This document shows positions 61,390 to 64,000 of a DNA stretch of 64,000 nucleotides, in pieces. A program made the position numbers and the translations under genes. The notes beneath the pieces were generated by a model. It did no database searches and was not told where the DNA came from. It saw only the letters and a list, made by a program, of their open reading frames with translations. The first letter of the stretch is position 1, and every line of letters starts with the position of its first letter. This DNA comes from Amphritea sp. HPY. GTDB taxonomy: Bacteria; Pseudomonadota; Gammaproteobacteria; Pseudomonadales; Balneatricaceae. The stretch is taken from NCBI RefSeq assembly GCF_050870985.1, contig NZ_CP194015.1, positions 1,941,407 to 2,005,406 on the forward strand. Reading direction: 5' to 3'.

Positions 61390-62547
61390 TTACAGAACCG
61401 CAGCTGCGTCTTCCAGCAACAATCGACGGGCGATAATGACATTCATAATTTCGTTGGTTCCTTCAAGGATCCGGTGCACCCGGTTATCCCGCAGGAAACG
61501 TTCCATCGGATACTCTTTGATATAACCATTACCACCAAAGATCTGCAGAGCCTCGTCGGCAATATTAAAACCGACATCGGTAGCAAAGCGTTTCGCCATC
61601 GCACAGTAAGTAGTCTTATCCGGGTGATTGTTATCGAGACGGGATGCCGCCATGCGCACCATCTGACGCGCAGCAACCAGCTCAGTTGCCGCATTGGCCA
61701 GCTTGAACTGCAGCGCCTGGAAGTTAGCCAGAGTCTGGCCAAACTGCTTACGCTCGTGCATATATTCAGTGGCGTTGTTCAAAGCCTGCTGGGCAGTACC
61801 GATTGAACAGGTCGCAATATTGATACGACCACCATCGAGGCCACGCATCGCTATTTTAAAGCCATCGCCTTCCTGCCCCAGAATCGCTGAAGCAGGAATG
61901 CGGACATCTTCAAAGGTAATCATTCGGGTTGGCTGGCTGTTCCAGCCCATCTTCTCTTCTTTGCGGCCGTAGGTAATACCCGGCAGATTGGCATTAATCG
62001 CAAACGCCGAGATTCCCTTAGGACCATCGACCCCGGTACGCGCCATCACCACCAGGCAATCGGTTGCACCGGCACCTGAAATGAAGATTTTGCTGCCGTT
62101 TAAAATGTAGTCATCACCCTCACGACGCGCGCTGGTCTTCAGCGAAGCGGCATCGGAGCCGGCATTCGGCTCGGTGAGACAGTAAGATGCCAGTTTTTCA
62201 CCGGCGGTAAGCTCCGGACACCACTGCTGACGCACATCTTCGGCGCCAAACTCAGAGATCATCCAGGTAGCCATATTATGTATCGTTATGAATGCGGTAG
62301 TGGAAGTACAGCCCATCGCCAACTGTTCGAAGATAATGCTGGAATCAAGACGACTCAGCCCCAGGCCACCCACATCTTCATGGGAATAAAGACCGCAGAA
62401 GCCCAGCTCACCGGCAGCTTTTAACACCTCAACCGGGAAGGTCTGATTCAGATCCCACTCACCGGCATGCGGTGCCAGCTCGTTTTGAGCGAAAGAGCGG
62501 GCCATATCGGCAAACGCTACCTGTTCTTCGTTCAGTTCAAAATCCAT
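61390..62547 (-). CDS. Acyl-CoA dehydrogenase. Isobutyryl-CoA dehydrogenase is likely.
   Basis: ACAD fold with catalytic-region motifs. Start placed at MDFELNEEQ. Confidence 0.85.
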   Translation of the reverse strand: MDFELNEEQVAFADMARSFAQNELAPHAGEWDLNQTFPVEVLKAAGELGFCGLYSHEDVGGLGLSRLDSSIIFEQLAMGCTSTTAFITIHNMATWMISEFGAEDVRQQWCPELTAGEKLASYCLTEPNAGSDAASLKTSARREGDDYILNGSKIFISGAGATDCLVVMARTGVDGPKGISAFAINANLPGITYGRKEEKMGWNSQPTRMITFEDVRIPASAILGQEGDGFKIAMRGLDGGRINIATCSIGTAQQALNNATEYMHERKQFGQTLANFQALQFKLANAATELVAARQMVRMAASRLDNNHPDKTTYCAMAKRFATDVGFNIADEALQIFGGNGYIKEYPMERFLRDNRVHRILEGTNEIMNVIIARRLLLEDAAAVL

Positions 62548-62653
62548 AATTATCCCATTCATTACCAGCGTGCTAAGCGCACGCCTGTTCGATTCTTATT
62601 ATTGAGCAACATAAAAAACGGGAGACTGAAACTTCAGTCTCCCGCTTAATGAT

Positions 62654-64000
62654 TTACTTCAGGTTGATTGAGGTATTCACCCCGGTATCAATATCATCCT
62701 CAAACCAGCGCGCAGTTACGGTCTTGGTCTCTGTGTAGAAACGTACCGCCTGCTTACCGTAAGCATGCTGATCACCGTAGAAAGACTTTCTCCAGCCAGT
62801 GAAAGAGAACATTGGCAGAGGCACTGGTACAGGTACGTTAATACCGACCTGACCAACCTTAATCTCGTGCTGATACTTACGTGCAGCCGCACCGGATGAG
62901 GTAAACATTGAAGTACCGTTACCGTATGGGTTGTTATTGATCAGCTCGATAGCTTCGTCCAGCGTATCAACTTCCAGCGTGATCAGGACAGGACCAAAGA
63001 TCTCTTCCTGATAGATAGACATATCAGTGGTCACGTTACGGAACATCGTCGGGCCAACCCAGTTGCCATCCGGGTAACCTTCAACAACCACTTCAGAGCC
63101 GTCCAGAATACAGTCAGCACCGGCATCTTTACCTTGCTGAATGAAGCCCAGAACCTTCTCTTTAGCCTGTGGATTGATCTGCGGACCATAACCCGCTTCA
63201 GGATCGTTCCATGCACCCGGACGCACTTTAGCCAGCGCATCACGTACTTCAGGGATCCACTCGCGAGACTTACCGACGAACACGGCAACAGAGATAGCCA
63301 TACAACGCTGGCCAGCAGCACCGACTGAAGCACCTGCGATGCTGTTAACAACCTGATTCTTCGCCGCATCCGGCATGATAACCATGTGGTTCTTAGCACC
63401 GGCAAATGCCTGTACACGCTTCATCTTATCGGTACCGGTACGGTAGATATGCTCACCGACAGCAACTGAACCAACGAAAGAGATCGCCGGAGTGTCTTTG
63501 TGAGTCAGTAACTGATTTACCGCATCTTTAGTACCGTGAACAACCTGCAGCAGACCAGCCGGAGCACCCGCTTCCTGGAACAGTTCAGCCAGACGCATCG
63601 GTGTCAGTGGATCCTGCTCAGAAGGCTTCAGTACAAAGGTGTTACCGCAGGCAATCGCCATAGGGAACATCCATAGAGGGATCATTGCAGGGAAGTTGAA
63701 TGGCGTAATACCAACACACACACCTAATGGCTGAGTGATGCTGTAGCAATCGATCTTACGCGCTACGTTTTCAACCGTCTCGCCCATGCTCAGGGAAGCG
63801 ATGTTACAGGCGTGTTCAACTACTTCTATACCACGCCATACGTCACCTTTAGCATCTTCAAACGTCTTACCGGTTTCCTGTGAAAGGATGGTTGCAATCT
63901 CATCGTGGTTTTCTTTCAGCAGCGCCTGGTAACGCAACATCAGACGGGCACGCTCACCGACCGGCGTCTCTTTCCAGGTTTCAAAAGCCGCTTTCGCCGC
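62654..64000 (-). CDS. mmsA: CoA-acylating methylmalonate-semialdehyde dehydrogenase. Partial: the N-terminus lies beyond the window end.
   Basis: ALDH fold with catalytic ..GQRCMA.. The in-frame ORF continues without a start codon to position 64000. Confidence 0.85.
   Translation of the reverse strand, partial: AAKAAFETWKETPVGERARLMLRYQALLKENHDEIATILSQETGKTFEDAKGDVWRGIEVVEHACNIASLSMGETVENVARKIDCYSITQPLGVCVGITPFNFPAMIPLWMFPMAIACGNTFVLKPSEQDPLTPMRLAELFQEAGAPAGLLQVVHGTKDAVNQLLTHKDTPAISFVGSVAVGEHIYRTGTDKMKRVQAFAGAKNHMVIMPDAAKNQVVNSIAGASVGAAGQRCMAISVAVFVGKSREWIPEVRDALAKVRPGAWNDPEAGYGPQINPQAKEKVLGFIQQGKDAGADCILDGSEVVVEGYPDGNWVGPTMFRNVTTDMSIYQEEIFGPVLITLEVDTLDEAIELINNNPYGNGTSMFTSSGAAARKYQHEIKVGQVGINVPVPVPLPMFSFTGWRKSFYGDQHAYGKQAVRFYTETKTVTARWFEDDIDTGVNTSINLK

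Overview
The window is a gammaproteobacterial chromosomal segment, probably Oceanospirillales-like, with about 50-55% GC.

Conserved housekeeping and catabolic genes sit on both sides of a clearly foreign, AT-richer block.

Left arm, 1-26.4 kb:
- A partial iron-containing alcohol dehydrogenase gene.
- htpG.
- A three-subunit HcnABC/opine-oxidase-like flavoprotein dehydrogenase operon, with a RidA gene and a TRAP transporter (DctPQM), next to a divergent LysR regulator.
- A DMT transporter.
- A methyl-accepting chemotaxis protein.
- An RlmI-like methyltransferase.
- A Lon N-domain protein.
- A Na/Pi cotransporter.
- mqo.
- A CDF metal transporter whose 3' end runs into a 23-bp tandem repeat array.
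- fabV, etfBA and the ETF:quinone oxidoreductase gene.

Middle, about 26.47-45.99 kb, a roughly 19.5-kb integrative island:
- It is bounded by 21-bp direct repeats (AAAGTAAGCAATAAGTAAGCA).
- It carries a P4-type tyrosine integrase, an AlpA-like excisionase/regulator, a Prim-Pol plus P-loop replication protein next to iteron-like repeats, and an orphan 314-aa protein.
- Its cargo is dominated by secreted or membrane proteins: a LamG-fold protein, two proteins sharing a novel C-terminal domain of about 110 aa, a flotillin-like SPFH protein, a TPR protein, a Tim44-like protein, an M20 peptidase, a lipoprotein and a small Cys-rich peptide.
- Its intergenic regions carry a private family of hairpin repeats.

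Immediately right of the island, 46.13-49.63 kb:
- A three-gene cassette encodes a caspase (C14) domain protein with an unknown C-terminal domain, a coiled-coil/zinc-ribbon protein, and a YdeI-like protein.
- The cassette is bracketed by about 70-bp inverted repeats.
- A cluster of GCGCATGCGC-type palindromes precedes it.
- This is the best candidate for an undescribed defence or abortive-infection-type module.

Right arm:
- A YfiR-YfiN-like diguanylate cyclase pair with a TonB-dependent receptor.
- Two radical-SAM genes (TatD-associated type, and yhcC).
- A MITE-like structured element.
- maoC and prpE.
- A valine/propionate catabolism cluster: mmsB, a 3-hydroxyisobutyryl-CoA hydrolase, an enoyl-CoA hydratase, an isobutyryl-CoA dehydrogenase and a partial mmsA.

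No rRNA, tRNA or CRISPR array was recognised.
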